A stretch of 64,000 nucleotides of DNA from the NCBI GenBank assembly GCA_036351455.1, contig JAZBPC010000077.1:1387-65386 (forward strand), written 5' to 3'. Both the position numbers and the translations under genes were made by a program. The notes under the pieces were generated by a model. That model worked only from the letters and a program-made list of their open reading frames with translations, had not been told where the DNA came from and made no database searches. The stretch comes from Desulfuromusa sp. (GTDB lineage: Bacteria; Desulfobacterota; Desulfuromonadia; Desulfuromonadales; Geopsychrobacteraceae). This document shows positions 39,542-49,733 of this stretch, piece after piece. The first letter of the stretch is position 1. The number at the start of each line of letters is the position of its first letter.

Positions 39542-40342
39542 ATTAAACAACGTATTATTACCGCTATTATTGCATTGCCATTACTGATTTTGCTGCTTGG
39601 ATATGCTAATCCTGCAATATTTTCTGTATTTCTCGTGTTGGTTCTTTTCTTGAGCTTGGTTGAGTTCAATCGTATGGGGCTGGGAAGTGAACATCGTTTA
39701 GAACAATGGCTTGCCTCTGTCATTGGAGCGACTGTTATCCCACTTTTATTCTATGAGAAGTTCACGCTGATATTCCCTTTATTCACTGCTGCAATGTTAC
39801 TGCTCGCTTTATTATTTCTGTTTCGCCTTCCTGAAATCACTGAGGTTCATCATCGCCTGGGTTGGATCATCCTTGGCTTGATCTATATCCCTTTTCTCTT
39901 AGGCCACTTAATGTCGCTGCGATTGTTGCTTGATGGGCGTCAATGGATATTTATGACCCTCATTGTTATCATGAGCTGCGATTCTTTTGCCTACTTTGTT
40001 GGCCGCAAGATTGGTAAGCGCAAACTGTATCCAGCTGTGAGTCCCAATAAAAGCATTGAAGGAGCACTTGGAGGATTGGTTGGGTCGGTTTTTGCCATAA
40101 TGATTGTTAAGTTCACTTTTTTGCCGGTTCTTGGTTATTTTGATGCTGTGCTGATTGGACTACTTCTCGGGGTTATGGGGCAGCTTGGAGACTTGTTTGA
40201 GTCGCTGTTGAAACGCGCCTGTCAGGTTAAAGATTCTGGAAATATCATTCCGGGGCATGGTGGGATGCTGGATCGTTTGGACAGTTTGCTGTTTGCTTTT
40301 CCGGTTGTTTATTATATCGCACGATATGGTTACGGAGGCTGA
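39542..40342 (+). CDS. cdsA: Phosphatidate cytidylyltransferase (probable ATT start)
   Basis: [40 protein letters not shown]. An in-frame N-terminus (M)[12 protein letters not shown] starts at ATT 39542, 7 nt after AAGGAG. Confidence 0.9.
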   Translation: MKQRIITAIIALPLLILLLGYANPAIFSVFLVLVLFLSLVEFNRMGLGSEHRLEQWLASVIGATVIPLLFYEKFTLIFPLFTAAMLLLALLFLFRLPEITEVHHRLGWIILGLIYIPFLLGHLMSLRLLLDGRQWIFMTLIVIMSCDSFAYFVGRKIGKRKLYPAVSPNKSIEGALGGLVGSVFAIMIVKFTFLPVLGYFDAVLIGLLLGVMGQLGDLFESLLKRACQVKDSGNIIPGHGGMLDRLDSLLFAFPVVYYIARYGYGG

Positions 40343-40350
40343 GAGCACGG

Positions 40351-41511
40351 TTGAAGAATATAGCAGTTCTTGGCTCGACCGGGTCAATTGGCGTCAGTAC
40401 CTTAGAAATAATTAAAGCGTTTCCTGACCGATATCAAGTTGTTGCCTTAACCGCAGGCAATAACATCGAATTGTTGCGGAAACAAATTAAAATTTTTGCT
40501 CCGCAGATTGTCTCAGTCGTCTCCGAGCAGGAGGCACAAAAATTAAGGCGTCAACTTGAAGGCGTTGATGTCGAAGTTTGTTCTGGTATTGAGGGAATGA
40601 TCCGTTGTGCGACAGCGTTTGAAGTTGAGATAGTTGTTGCAGCTATTGTCGGTGCTGCTGGGCTAATGCCAACAATGGCGGCAATTAAGTCGGGTAAGGA
40701 TGTTGCTCTAGCCAATAAAGAAACTCTGGTGATTGCCGGTAGTTTAATTATGGCTGAAGCTAAACGTCAGAAAATAAACTTGTTTCCTGTAGATAGTGAG
40801 CATTCAGCAATTTTTCAATCTCTGGCTGGTCATCGCCGTGAAGATGTCCAGCGCCTCATCCTAACAGCATCCGGTGGCCCATTTCGAGAGTATGGATTAG
40901 CCCAATTTGCAACGATCACACCAGCAGATGCTTTGGCTCATCCTAACTGGGATATGGGACGAAAAATCTCTATTGACTCAGCGACCATGATGAACAAAGG
41001 ACTGGAAGTCATAGAGGCCCGCTGGTTGTTTGATTTTCCCGCCACGATGATTGATGTTCACATCCACCCTGAAAGCATCGTCCATTCGTTGGTTGAATAC
41101 CGGGATGGAGCGGTTATTGCGCAATTGGGTATCCCTGATATGAAAACACCGATTGCATATGCATTGTCCTGGCCCGAGCGATTACCGTTGTCTCAACAGC
41201 CCCTTGACCTGTGTCGGTTAGGTCAATTAACATTTTCTGCACCCGATACAGAGCGTTTCCCTTGTTTGCGACTTGCGTATGAAGCACTGGCTGTTGGCGG
41301 GACAATTCCAGCAGTGATGAATGCGGCTAACGAAATTGCTGTTGACGCTTTCTTAAATAAACGGCTCAGCTTTATGGGAATCCCGCAAGTTATAGAAAAA
41401 GTTATGCATCAGCATAAGAGCAGGGATCTTACCTCTGTGGAGCAGGCTTTACATGCTGACCTGTGGGGCAGGCATAAAGCACAAGAATTCATTAGCGGAG
41501 GATTGGTATGA
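40351..41511 (+). CDS. dxr: 1-deoxy-D-xylulose-5-phosphate reductoisomerase
   Basis: [51 protein letters not shown]. Confidence 0.97.
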   Translation: MKNIAVLGSTGSIGVSTLEIIKAFPDRYQVVALTAGNNIELLRKQIKIFAPQIVSVVSEQEAQKLRRQLEGVDVEVCSGIEGMIRCATAFEVEIVVAAIVGAAGLMPTMAAIKSGKDVALANKETLVIAGSLIMAEAKRQKINLFPVDSEHSAIFQSLAGHRREDVQRLILTASGGPFREYGLAQFATITPADALAHPNWDMGRKISIDSATMMNKGLEVIEARWLFDFPATMIDVHIHPESIVHSLVEYRDGAVIAQLGIPDMKTPIAYALSWPERLPLSQQPLDLCRLGQLTFSAPDTERFPCLRLAYEALAVGGTIPAVMNAANEIAVDAFLNKRLSFMGIPQVIEKVMHQHKSRDLTSVEQALHADLWGRHKAQEFISGGLV

Positions 41512-42827
41512 TAACAATTATAGCTGGCATTTTGATGCTGGGTGTCCTGGTTTTTGTTCATGAATTGGGTCACTTTGCAGTTGCCAAAATGTGCGGCGTT
41601 AAGGTTTTGAAGTTTTCCCTTGGGTTTGGTCCGAAATTGGTGTCGCGGCGTCGTGGCGATACCGAATACCAGATTTGTGCAATTCCCCTTGGTGGATACG
41701 TACAAATGCTCGGTGAAGGGACTGGCGAGCAGGGGGATGAAGTCGAGCTGAATGCTGAGGAAAAGAAACGTTCTTTTGCGGAACAATCAGTAGCCAAGCG
41801 GTTGGCAATTGTGTCAGCTGGCCCGATAATGAATTTGATGCTGCCACTATTAATTCTTCCGATCTCTTTTATGGTTGGGATCCAGATGCCGACCTATTTT
41901 GAAGAGCCGGCCTGTATTGGATATGTAGTTCCTGAATCAAATGCCGCGACGGGAGGTTTTCAGGCTGGAGACTGCGTCACTGCGGTGAATCAGCAAAGGG
42001 TTGAAAGCTGGAATGATGCGAATAAGAGTTTCATTTCTCAAGCTGGTGAATCGCTGCTGTTCCAGGTAGAGCGTCAAGGAAAAGAATTGCTGTTGGAGGT
42101 CTCTGCCGAGAATGAGAGTTTGCAAGGGATGCAGGCCTTAGGGTTGCTCCCCAGGCAGGATGCCCGTATTGGTAGTTTGGCTGCGGATATGCCCGCGGCC
42201 CAAGCAGGCATGTTGGCGGGTGACTTGATCCTGCAAATAGGAGAATATCCGGTTTCTTCCTGGTATGATCTTAAGGGCGTGATTCAAAACATAGGAAGTC
42301 AAGTTGTCCCAGTGCAACTGGAACGTGCAGGAAAGCGACTGAGTGTGAATTTGACCCCCGCACAGCGTAACGGTGAAGGAGAATATTTACTCGGTATCGC
42401 ACCTTTGTATCAATCAGAACTAAAATCTTTTGGATTTATTGATGCTGTTCGGGAAGGAGCATCCAGAACCTGGGAGTTGATAGAGCTTACAGTTGTCTTT
42501 GTGCAGAAATTGTTTTCTGGCAGCGTCTCAGCTAAAAATATTGGCGGGCCCATTACTGTTGTGCAAATTGCCGGACAGGCAGCACAGACAGACCTGTCAG
42601 CAATTCTATCTGTGCTGGCATTTATTTCAATTCAGCTGGGGATCTTGAATTTGCTGCCAATTCCAATTCTGGATGGTGGTCATATCCTTTTTTATCTCAT
42701 TGAACTGATTATTCGCAAGCCCGTGTCAATTCGAGCCAGAGAGATGGCTCAACAGGTTGGTATGGCCATGTTGTTGATGTTGATGGTTTTGGCTTTTTAC
42801 AATGATATTATAAGGTTATGGGGTTGA
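41508..42827 (+). CDS. rseP: RIP metalloprotease RseP
   Basis: VHELGH, AGPIMN, two PDZ domains, [11 protein letters not shown]. Confidence 0.95.
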   Translation: MITIIAGILMLGVLVFVHELGHFAVAKMCGVKVLKFSLGFGPKLVSRRRGDTEYQICAIPLGGYVQMLGEGTGEQGDEVELNAEEKKRSFAEQSVAKRLAIVSAGPIMNLMLPLLILPISFMVGIQMPTYFEEPACIGYVVPESNAATGGFQAGDCVTAVNQQRVESWNDANKSFISQAGESLLFQVERQGKELLLEVSAENESLQGMQALGLLPRQDARIGSLAADMPAAQAGMLAGDLILQIGEYPVSSWYDLKGVIQNIGSQVVPVQLERAGKRLSVNLTPAQRNGEGEYLLGIAPLYQSELKSFGFIDAVREGASRTWELIELTVVFVQKLFSGSVSAKNIGGPITVVQIAGQAAQTDLSAILSVLAFISIQLGILNLLPIPILDGGHILFYLIELIIRKPVSIRAREMAQQVGMAMLLMLMVLAFYNDIIRLWG

Positions 42828-43543
42828 TGACGAACGTCGAAGGAATAAGAATCCTGACTGTTGATAGTTCCTCTTTTGCGGGCAGCGTTTCTTTGTGCTG
42901 TGGGGACTCTTTGGTTGCAGAATCTCTTTTGAACGTTCGCAGTACTCACAGTGAAAAATTGCTGAAACAAATTGATCTTCTTCTGAATGAGGCGGACTGG
43001 TGTCTTGATGATCTGGACCTTTTGGCTGTGGTGACTGGTCCCGGTTCTTTTACCGGACTGCGAATTGGCATTGCTACTGTCAAAGGGTTGGCTCAGGTGT
43101 TAAACAAACCGGTTGTTGCTGTTTCTGCTTTGCAAACTGCAGCAATGAATCTACCCCTGTCACCCGTTCCAATATGCGCCTTTCTGGACGCACGTAAGAA
43201 AGAGGTCTATAGTCAACTGTTTGAGTGGCAAGATGCTGTCGGTCCCGTTGCAATTGGAGAGCCTTCTGTTTTACCTCCAGAACAGTTGTTGAGACTGTTG
43301 CCTGATAAGGTCGCTTTAGTTGGTGATGGAGTTGCCATCTATCGCCAACATATTGAAACAATTCTTGGTGATCATGCATTAATTCCCGTTTCTACTGCGC
43401 ATCAGTTGAGAGCTTCTCATGCCTCCTGGTTAGCGCTTCAGGCCTGGCGATCTGGTTTAGCTCAGAGTGCAGCTGCAATACTTCCAACTTATATTCGTCC
43501 CTCTGACGCTGAATTGAATTTATCTTCAAAGCAGAACATTTAA
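42827..43543 (+). CDS. tsaB: tRNA t6A biosynthesis protein TsaB
   Basis: ILTVDSS, HSEKLL, GPGSFTGLRIG, DARKKEVY, PTYIRPSDAE. Confidence 0.93.
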   Translation: MTNVEGIRILTVDSSSFAGSVSLCCGDSLVAESLLNVRSTHSEKLLKQIDLLLNEADWCLDDLDLLAVVTGPGSFTGLRIGIATVKGLAQVLNKPVVAVSALQTAAMNLPLSPVPICAFLDARKKEVYSQLFEWQDAVGPVAIGEPSVLPPEQLLRLLPDKVALVGDGVAIYRQHIETILGDHALIPVSTAHQLRASHASWLALQAWRSGLAQSAAAILPTYIRPSDAELNLSSKQNI

Positions 43544-43635
43544 CGCCGGGTTAATTGTTGACAACTTTGCATCAATTTGGTTACTTTATCTTAGAATTTA
43601 AATAGTAAAAACCACTTACATGCGCGGAGGTGCCC

Positions 43636-43854
43636 ATGGACATTGATCAGACCCTTTTGCAAAATCTTACCGAGACTAACCCCCGTTTTCGCATGCTCTA
43701 CGAGGAACATACCCTGTTTGAGAAGCAACTTTCAGAGTATGACAAAAAGGGCTATTTGTCTCCGGAAGAAGAAATTGAAAAAAATACTGTTAAGAAAATG
43801 AAACTTGTCGGTAAAGATGAAATGGAGAAAATTATCCAGACCGTTACCACCTGA
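43636..43854 (+). CDS. YdcH/DUF465 family coiled-coil protein
   Basis: NPRFRMLYEEHTLFEKQL...VKKMKLVGKDEM. ATG 43636 after GGAGG. Confidence 0.8.
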   Translation: MDIDQTLLQNLTETNPRFRMLYEEHTLFEKQLSEYDKKGYLSPEEEIEKNTVKKMKLVGKDEMEKIIQTVTT

Positions 43855-43980
43855 ACCCGTTTTGTAACAACGGGAAGTTTCGATACAGCAAAGGGTTTAA
43901 GCGGATGCTTAAGCCCTTTGCTGTATTTAATGTGTGATAATTTGCAGATGTTTGATCTAATGAATATTGAGGAGGAGCAG

Positions 43981-45678
43981 ATGGAATTGACCGGGTCGCA
44001 GATTTTGCTTGAATGTTTAAAGCTTGAAGGGGTTGATACCGTATTTGGATACCCTGGTGGAGCAGTCATCAATATTTATGATGATCTCTTTGACTCTCCC
44101 ATTAAGCATGTTTTGACCCGGCACGAACAGGCTGCGGTTCATGCTGCTGATGGTTATGCCCGTTGCACTGGAAAGGTTGGTGTCGCTATTGCGACCAGTG
44201 GTCCGGGAGCGACAAATACTATTACCGGAATTGCAACAGCTTACATGGATTCAATTCCGATGGTTATTATTTCTGGTCAGGTGCCAACCCCACTCATCGG
44301 CAACGATGCTTTTCAAGAAGCTGATATGTGCGGCATAACCCGCCCCTGTACCAAACATAATTATCTGGTTAAGGATATTCGTGATCTGGCGAGAACCCTC
44401 AAAGAGGCTTTTTATATTGCCCGAACTGGTCGTCCAGGGCCGGTTCTGGTTGATCTACCAAAAGATGTTCAGATCAGTACGTGTAAGTTTAGCTATCCAG
44501 AAGAAGTGAGTTTGCGCGGTTATAAACCGACCTATAGTGGAAACATGCGTCAGGTTGAAAAAGCAGCAAAAATGATTTTAGCAGCGCGTAAGCCGGTTCT
44601 CTATGTCGGCGGTGGGATTGCTTTATCAGGGGCTGATGATATATTGCTTAAACTGGCAGAGCTGACCCAGATCCCTGTTACGACAACTTTGATGGCAATG
44701 GCAGCTTTTCCTCAGCGACATCCGCTGGCCTTGGGAATGTTGGGAATGCATGGGACTTTTTATGCAAATATGTCAGTTACCGAATGTGACCTGCTCATTG
44801 CCGTTGGTTCCAGATTTGATGACCGGGTCACCGGTCGAATTGATAGCTTTGCTGAAAAGGCAAAAATTATTCATGTCGATATTGATCCAACATCAATCGG
44901 AAAAAATGTTGGTGTTGATCTCCCGATCGTTGGTGATTTGAAAGATGTCCTTGGTAAGCTGCATGGGTGTTTGAATAATAAGCCCGAGCTGGTCGAAGAC
45001 TTGGTTGAAGCGACCGATGATTGGCGATCGATGATTAGCGAATGGAAAGAACATCATCCGATGACCTATCGTTCCTCTAAATCTGTGATCAAGCCCCAGT
45101 TTGTTATCGAAAAGATCAGTGAAATGACGGATGAAAATGCCATTATCACGACTGAAGTTGGACAACATCAGATGTGGACAGCGCAATTTTTCACTTTCAG
45201 ACAACCCCGAACTTTCTTAACCTCTGGTGGTTTAGGGACTATGGGTTTTGGTCTTCCTTCTGCGTTGGGTGCTCAAGTCGCTTTCCCTGGTCGTCAGGTC
45301 ATTGACATTTCCGGGGATGGTTCTTTCCAGATGAATTCACAGGAACTCGCAACATTGGTGCAGTATCAGCTGCCAGTAAAAATAGCTATCCTTAATAATA
45401 ATTATCTGGGAATGGTTCGTCAGTGGCAGCAGATGTTTTTTGAAAAACGCTATAGCCAGACGGTTATGGAATTGCCGATTGACTTTATTAAGTTAGCTGA
45501 AGCCTATGGTGCGACAGGCTTAGAGGCAACAAAAGTTGATGAAGTTGAGGCGACGATAAAGCAAGCTCTTGAAACGCCCGGCCCTGTTTTGATGAATTTT
45601 AAGGTTTCTCGGGAAGAGAATGTTTTGCCGATGGTTCCGGCTGGCAAGGCAATTCATGAGATGGTTCTTGCTTCTTAG
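43981..45678 (+). CDS. ilvB: Acetolactate synthase large subunit
   Basis: [28 protein letters not shown]-binding GDGSFQMN...[12 protein letters not shown]. Start moved to 43981. Confidence 0.96.
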   Translation: MELTGSQILLECLKLEGVDTVFGYPGGAVINIYDDLFDSPIKHVLTRHEQAAVHAADGYARCTGKVGVAIATSGPGATNTITGIATAYMDSIPMVIISGQVPTPLIGNDAFQEADMCGITRPCTKHNYLVKDIRDLARTLKEAFYIARTGRPGPVLVDLPKDVQISTCKFSYPEEVSLRGYKPTYSGNMRQVEKAAKMILAARKPVLYVGGGIALSGADDILLKLAELTQIPVTTTLMAMAAFPQRHPLALGMLGMHGTFYANMSVTECDLLIAVGSRFDDRVTGRIDSFAEKAKIIHVDIDPTSIGKNVGVDLPIVGDLKDVLGKLHGCLNNKPELVEDLVEATDDWRSMISEWKEHHPMTYRSSKSVIKPQFVIEKISEMTDENAIITTEVGQHQMWTAQFFTFRQPRTFLTSGGLGTMGFGLPSALGAQVAFPGRQVIDISGDGSFQMNSQELATLVQYQLPVKIAILNNNYLGMVRQWQQMFFEKRYSQTVMELPIDFIKLAEAYGATGLEATKVDEVEATIKQALETPGPVLMNFKVSREENVLPMVPAGKAIHEMVLAS

Positions 45679-45725
45679 CAAGGTGTTATGTTGATCGGCT
45701 AACTTTTGCTCGGGAGGATGAATAA

Positions 45726-46217
45726 ATGAAGCATACAATTTCAGTTCTGGTGGAGAATGAATTCGGTGTTCTTTCCAGAATATCAGGATTATTTTCCGGT
45801 CGTGGTTTTAATATCGAAAGCCTCTCTGTCGCTCCAACGATGGACCCAGATCTTTCTCGAATGACTCTGGTAACGCGGGGGGACGATCGTATTCTGGAAC
45901 AAATTACCAAACAGTTGAATAAGCTGATTTCTACGATTAAAGTTGTCGATTTTACAGATGGGGAATACATTGAGCGTGAATTGGCTTTGATTAAAGTATC
46001 AACCGATGCTGAATCCAGGGCTGAAGCTTTACGGATTGTCGATATCTTTCGGGCAAAGGTTATCGACGTTACCCCGAAGTCTTACACAATTGAAATCACT
46101 GGCGCTCCAGCAAAAATAAATGGTATTTTGGAGTTGCTGCGGCCAATGGGAATTAAAGAGGTTGTCCGCTCTGGTCCCGTTGTTATTGGACGTGGCCCCA
46201 AAGGGGTTGTAGGTTAA
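45726..46217 (+). CDS. ilvN: Acetolactate synthase small (regulatory) subunit
   Basis: SVLVENEFGVLSRISGLFSGRGFNIESL ACT domain. Confidence 0.95.
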   Translation: MKHTISVLVENEFGVLSRISGLFSGRGFNIESLSVAPTMDPDLSRMTLVTRGDDRILEQITKQLNKLISTIKVVDFTDGEYIERELALIKVSTDAESRAEALRIVDIFRAKVIDVTPKSYTIEITGAPAKINGILELLRPMGIKEVVRSGPVVIGRGPKGVVG

Positions 46218-46237
46218 TTTTAAAGACAGAGGACGTC

Positions 46238-46882
46238 ATGCAGAATAGAAATCAACCGATTGCTCGTGAAGGCTACCCGTTTATCGCTTTATTTGCCTTT
46301 ATCACCTTGGTATTTGCCCTCTTGGGTTGGGTTTTTCTGACCCTTTTACTGTTGGCTTTAACTCTCTTCAGTATCTATTTTTTCCGTAATCCTGAAAGGC
46401 AGGTTCCTGTCGGTGATAATCTGGTTATTGCTCCAGCTGACGGGAAAGTTATTTTTGTTGGTGACGTGCAGGAAGATCGCTATTTCAAGGAACGGGTGAC
46501 CAAAGTCAGCATCTTCATGTCGGTGTTTAATGTTCACGTTAACCGGGTTCCCTGCGATGGGAAAATTGTTGATATGTACTATAACAAAGGACAATTCTTA
46601 AACGCCTCCTATGATAAGGCGAGTGAATGTAATGAGCAGGCAGGAATACTTTTGGAGACAAAAGGGGGACCACAAATTCTATTTGTGCAGATTGCTGGAT
46701 TAATAGCGAGACGAATCGTTACTTATCCTGTGGTTGGAGATTTGTTGCAACGGGGGGCTCGCTATGGGTTGATCCGATTCGGCTCTCGTGTCGATATCTA
46801 TTTTCCTGAAAACTCTAATGTTACTGTCCTCCTTGGTGAACGGACTGTTGCTGGAGAGACTGTGCTGGGGACATTGCCTTGA
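46238..46882 (+). CDS. psd: Phosphatidylserine decarboxylase proenzyme
   Basis: FFRNPER, APADGKV, SIFMSVFNVHVNR, IRFGSRVD (GS autocleavage site). Confidence 0.92.
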   Translation: MQNRNQPIAREGYPFIALFAFITLVFALLGWVFLTLLLLALTLFSIYFFRNPERQVPVGDNLVIAPADGKVIFVGDVQEDRYFKERVTKVSIFMSVFNVHVNRVPCDGKIVDMYYNKGQFLNASYDKASECNEQAGILLETKGGPQILFVQIAGLIARRIVTYPVVGDLLQRGARYGLIRFGSRVDIYFPENSNVTVLLGERTVAGETVLGTLP

Positions 46883-47652
46883 GTGAAGATTGTTTGAGAA
46901 GTGAAAAACGTGAAAACCTCCGCAAAGGTGTTTATCTCTTACCCAACCTGATTACCGCCGGGGGGATTTTTGCTGGATTTTATGTTATTATTGCCGCTAC
47001 AGATGGCCATTATGAACGGGCAGCTTGGTTTATCCTGCTGGCTGCAATTTTTGATGGATTAGATGGCAAGGTTGCCAGATTGACGGGAACCAGCAGTAAG
47101 TTCGGGGTTGAACTTGATTCTCTGGCAGATGTCATCTCCTTCGGAGTGGCTCCGGGAGTTCTTTTGTACCTATGGGCTTTACGACCATTTGGTAAGTTGG
47201 GATGGTTAGCTGCTTTCTTATATGTGATCTGTGGTGCTCTACGGCTGGCTCGTTTTAATGTGCAAGTTTCCACCGTGGAATCGAGGCGTTTCATTGGCAT
47301 GCCGATTCCTGCAGCAGCATGTATTGTCGCTACCTGCGTATTGCTTTTTTATGAGCTGGGCGGAACTGGCACAATCAAAATGGTGTCTATGGTCTTTCTG
47401 GTATTCTTGCTGGCCTTTTTACTTGTCAGCAATATCGAGTACATTTCTTTGAAAGATCCTGAACTGTTTAAACGACAACCTTTTGTGATGCTGGTTGTTG
47501 CGATTATTTTACTCATCGTGATCGTTGCGAAACCGCAAATCATGCTGTTTTTGATCGGAATTTCCTATTTGCTCTCTGGCCCGATTGCCTACTTTCTTGG
47601 TTGGAGAAAGAAACGCCGGGGAGATCATGACTCAACAACAGAGCAAGTTTGA
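46879..47652 (+). CDS. pssA: CDP-diacylglycerol-serine O-phosphatidyltransferase
   Basis: LPNLIT, DGLDGKVAR...FGVELDSLAD CDP-alcohol motif, RLARFN. Confidence 0.93.
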   Translation: MSEDCLRSEKRENLRKGVYLLPNLITAGGIFAGFYVIIAATDGHYERAAWFILLAAIFDGLDGKVARLTGTSSKFGVELDSLADVISFGVAPGVLLYLWALRPFGKLGWLAAFLYVICGALRLARFNVQVSTVESRRFIGMPIPAAACIVATCVLLFYELGGTGTIKMVSMVFLVFLLAFLLVSNIEYISLKDPELFKRQPFVMLVVAIILLIVIVAKPQIMLFLIGISYLLSGPIAYFLGWRKKRRGDHDSTTEQV

Positions 47653-47762
47653 TCCGATCAGAGCATCAATGATTGGTTTACTAAAAGACGATAGAATTTT
47701 TTTTGTTGGATTAATTAACTTGACTTAGTCAGCTATTTTCGGTTGAATCTGTTTCAGTTTAA

Positions 47763-48010
47763 AAGCATTGAAGAGGAGTAGTAAGCTTTTTCTCCGTTTC
47801 AGAGAGTCGGTGGTTGCTGCAAACCGATACGGGAAGAGTTGAACTCGCCTTGGAGCTGCAGGGGTGAAACCATATTGGGTCTAGCTTCTGTCGTGAGCCT
47901 GCGTAAAGGGATAATTAAGATTTGTCTGTTTCTAGGACAAATGAACCAGGGTGGTACCGCGAAGCTTAAAGCTCTCGCCCCTGTTTACAGGGCGGGGGCT
48001 TTTTTTATTT
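47763..48010 (+). promoter_or_regulatory. T-box riboswitch, Leu specifier (CUC), transcriptional
   Basis: Stem I AG box and distal loop AGAGAGTCGGTGGTTGCTGCAAACCGA; specifier loop GAA-CTC-G (47844-47846); T-box AACCAGGGTGGTACCGCG (47944-47961); terminator AGCTCTCGCCC...GGGCGGGGGCTTTTTTT. Lies directly upstream of leuA. Confidence 0.9.
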
Positions 48011-48160
48011 TTAGCAACGAATAACAAATAAATGGAAAGGGGGTGGTTCTGAGTGGAATCTGACCTAGGTGACCTAAGAGAAAAACGACGTCTAAACAAA
48101 GAAATCGATACGAACTGCCCCGATTTGAATTGATCAGAAAACACTATTGAGGAGTTTATT

Positions 48161-49702
48161 ATGAGTAAAGCAGAAAACATTATTATTTTTGATACCACTT
48201 TGCGTGATGGTGAACAATCTCCGGGCGCTAGTATGAATATTGATGAAAAATTACGGATCGCTCACCAGTTGGAACGGTTGAATGTCGATGTGATCGAAGC
48301 CGGATTTCCTATTGCATCTGATGGTGATTATGAAGCTGTCAAAAAGGTTGCACAGACAATTCAGGGCCCTCAAATTGCCGGGTTGTCACGCTCTAACAAT
48401 ATGGACATTGACCGGGCTTGGGATGCATTGAAGTATGCTGGCGAGCGGGGCCGGATTCATACCTTCATTGCGACCAGCGATATTCATATGAAATACAAGT
48501 TGAAAATGAGCGAGCAGCAAGTCCTGGACACTGCTGTCGCTGCTGTAACACGTGCTGCCGGGTATACCCCCAACGTTGAATTCTCAGCGGAAGATGCCGT
48601 GCGGACTCAATTGCCGTTTCTGGCAAAAGTAATTCAAGCCGTTATTGAGGCTGGAGCAACAACGGTCAATATCCCGGATACCGTTGGCTACACAATTCCA
48701 TCAGAGTATTATGACATCATCAGTTATCTGAAAAAGAATGTCAGCAATATTGATAAAGCGATTATTTCGGTTCACTGCCACAACGATCTTGGTCTGGCTG
48801 TAGCAAACTCATTAGCCGCGGTCCAAGCCGGGGCGCGTCAGCTTGAGTGTACTATTAACGGTATCGGTGAACGTGCTGGAAACTGCTCTCTTGAAGAAGC
48901 AGTAATGACCTTGCGAACTCGACAGGATATTCTGCCCTATGTAACAAATGTCGTCACTGAACAGATTACGCCAGCGAGTAAGTTGCTTTCAACTATTACC
49001 GGCATTCAGGTTCAGCCTAACAAGGCGGTTGTGGGTACAAATGCTTTTGCCCATGAAGCAGGAATTCATCAGCATGGGGTGCTGATGGATAAGTCTACCT
49101 ATGAAATCATGACTCCGGAATCCGTTGGATTGAACCAGAACAAGTTGGTTCTCGGTAAGCACTCAGGACGGCACGCTTTTATCGACCGCTTAAAGCAGCT
49201 GGGCTATGATCTTTCCAAGGATGAAATTCAGAAGGCTTTTGTCCGTTTCAAAACTCTTGCTGATTTAAAAAAAGAGATTTTTGATGAAGATCTTGATGCC
49301 ATTGTCGCAGACGAAGTTTTACGTGTTCCTGAAATCTATAAACTGGAGCAGATGAATGTCAGTTCTGGTTCCTTTGCAGCCCCGACAGCGACTGTTGCTA
49401 TGGAAATCAACGGTAAGCTCAAAAGAGCTGCAGTGATGGGTGATGGGCCGGTGGATGCGACCTTCAAGGCAATCAAGAAACTTGCCAAAAGTAAAGCGAC
49501 ACTGCTCAACTTTTCTGTTGGTGCCATTACCGGAGGAACGGATGCTCAGGGAGAATGTAGCGTTCGTTTACAATCTGCTGAGGGACGAGAGGTTCTTGGC
49601 CAAGGTGCCCACTCTGATATTATTGTCGCCAGCGCTAAAGCCTATATTAACGCATTAAACAAGTTGGCTGTTGCTGAAAAACGTTCTCATACAAACATTT
49701 AA
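48161..49702 (+). CDS. leuA: 2-isopropylmalate synthase
   Basis: IFDTTLRDGEQSPG, SVHCHNDLGLA, GIGERAGN, AFAHEAGIHQHG, C-terminal regulatory domain GDGPVDA. Confidence 0.96.
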   Translation: MSKAENIIIFDTTLRDGEQSPGASMNIDEKLRIAHQLERLNVDVIEAGFPIASDGDYEAVKKVAQTIQGPQIAGLSRSNNMDIDRAWDALKYAGERGRIHTFIATSDIHMKYKLKMSEQQVLDTAVAAVTRAAGYTPNVEFSAEDAVRTQLPFLAKVIQAVIEAGATTVNIPDTVGYTIPSEYYDIISYLKKNVSNIDKAIISVHCHNDLGLAVANSLAAVQAGARQLECTINGIGERAGNCSLEEAVMTLRTRQDILPYVTNVVTEQITPASKLLSTITGIQVQPNKAVVGTNAFAHEAGIHQHGVLMDKSTYEIMTPESVGLNQNKLVLGKHSGRHAFIDRLKQLGYDLSKDEIQKAFVRFKTLADLKKEIFDEDLDAIVADEVLRVPEIYKLEQMNVSSGSFAAPTATVAMEINGKLKRAAVMGDGPVDATFKAIKKLAKSKATLLNFSVGAITGGTDAQGECSVRLQSAEGREVLGQGAHSDIIVASAKAYINALNKLAVAEKRSHTNI

Positions 49703-49733
49703 TCAATATTGAAATAGAGCAATAGGAGTTTCC

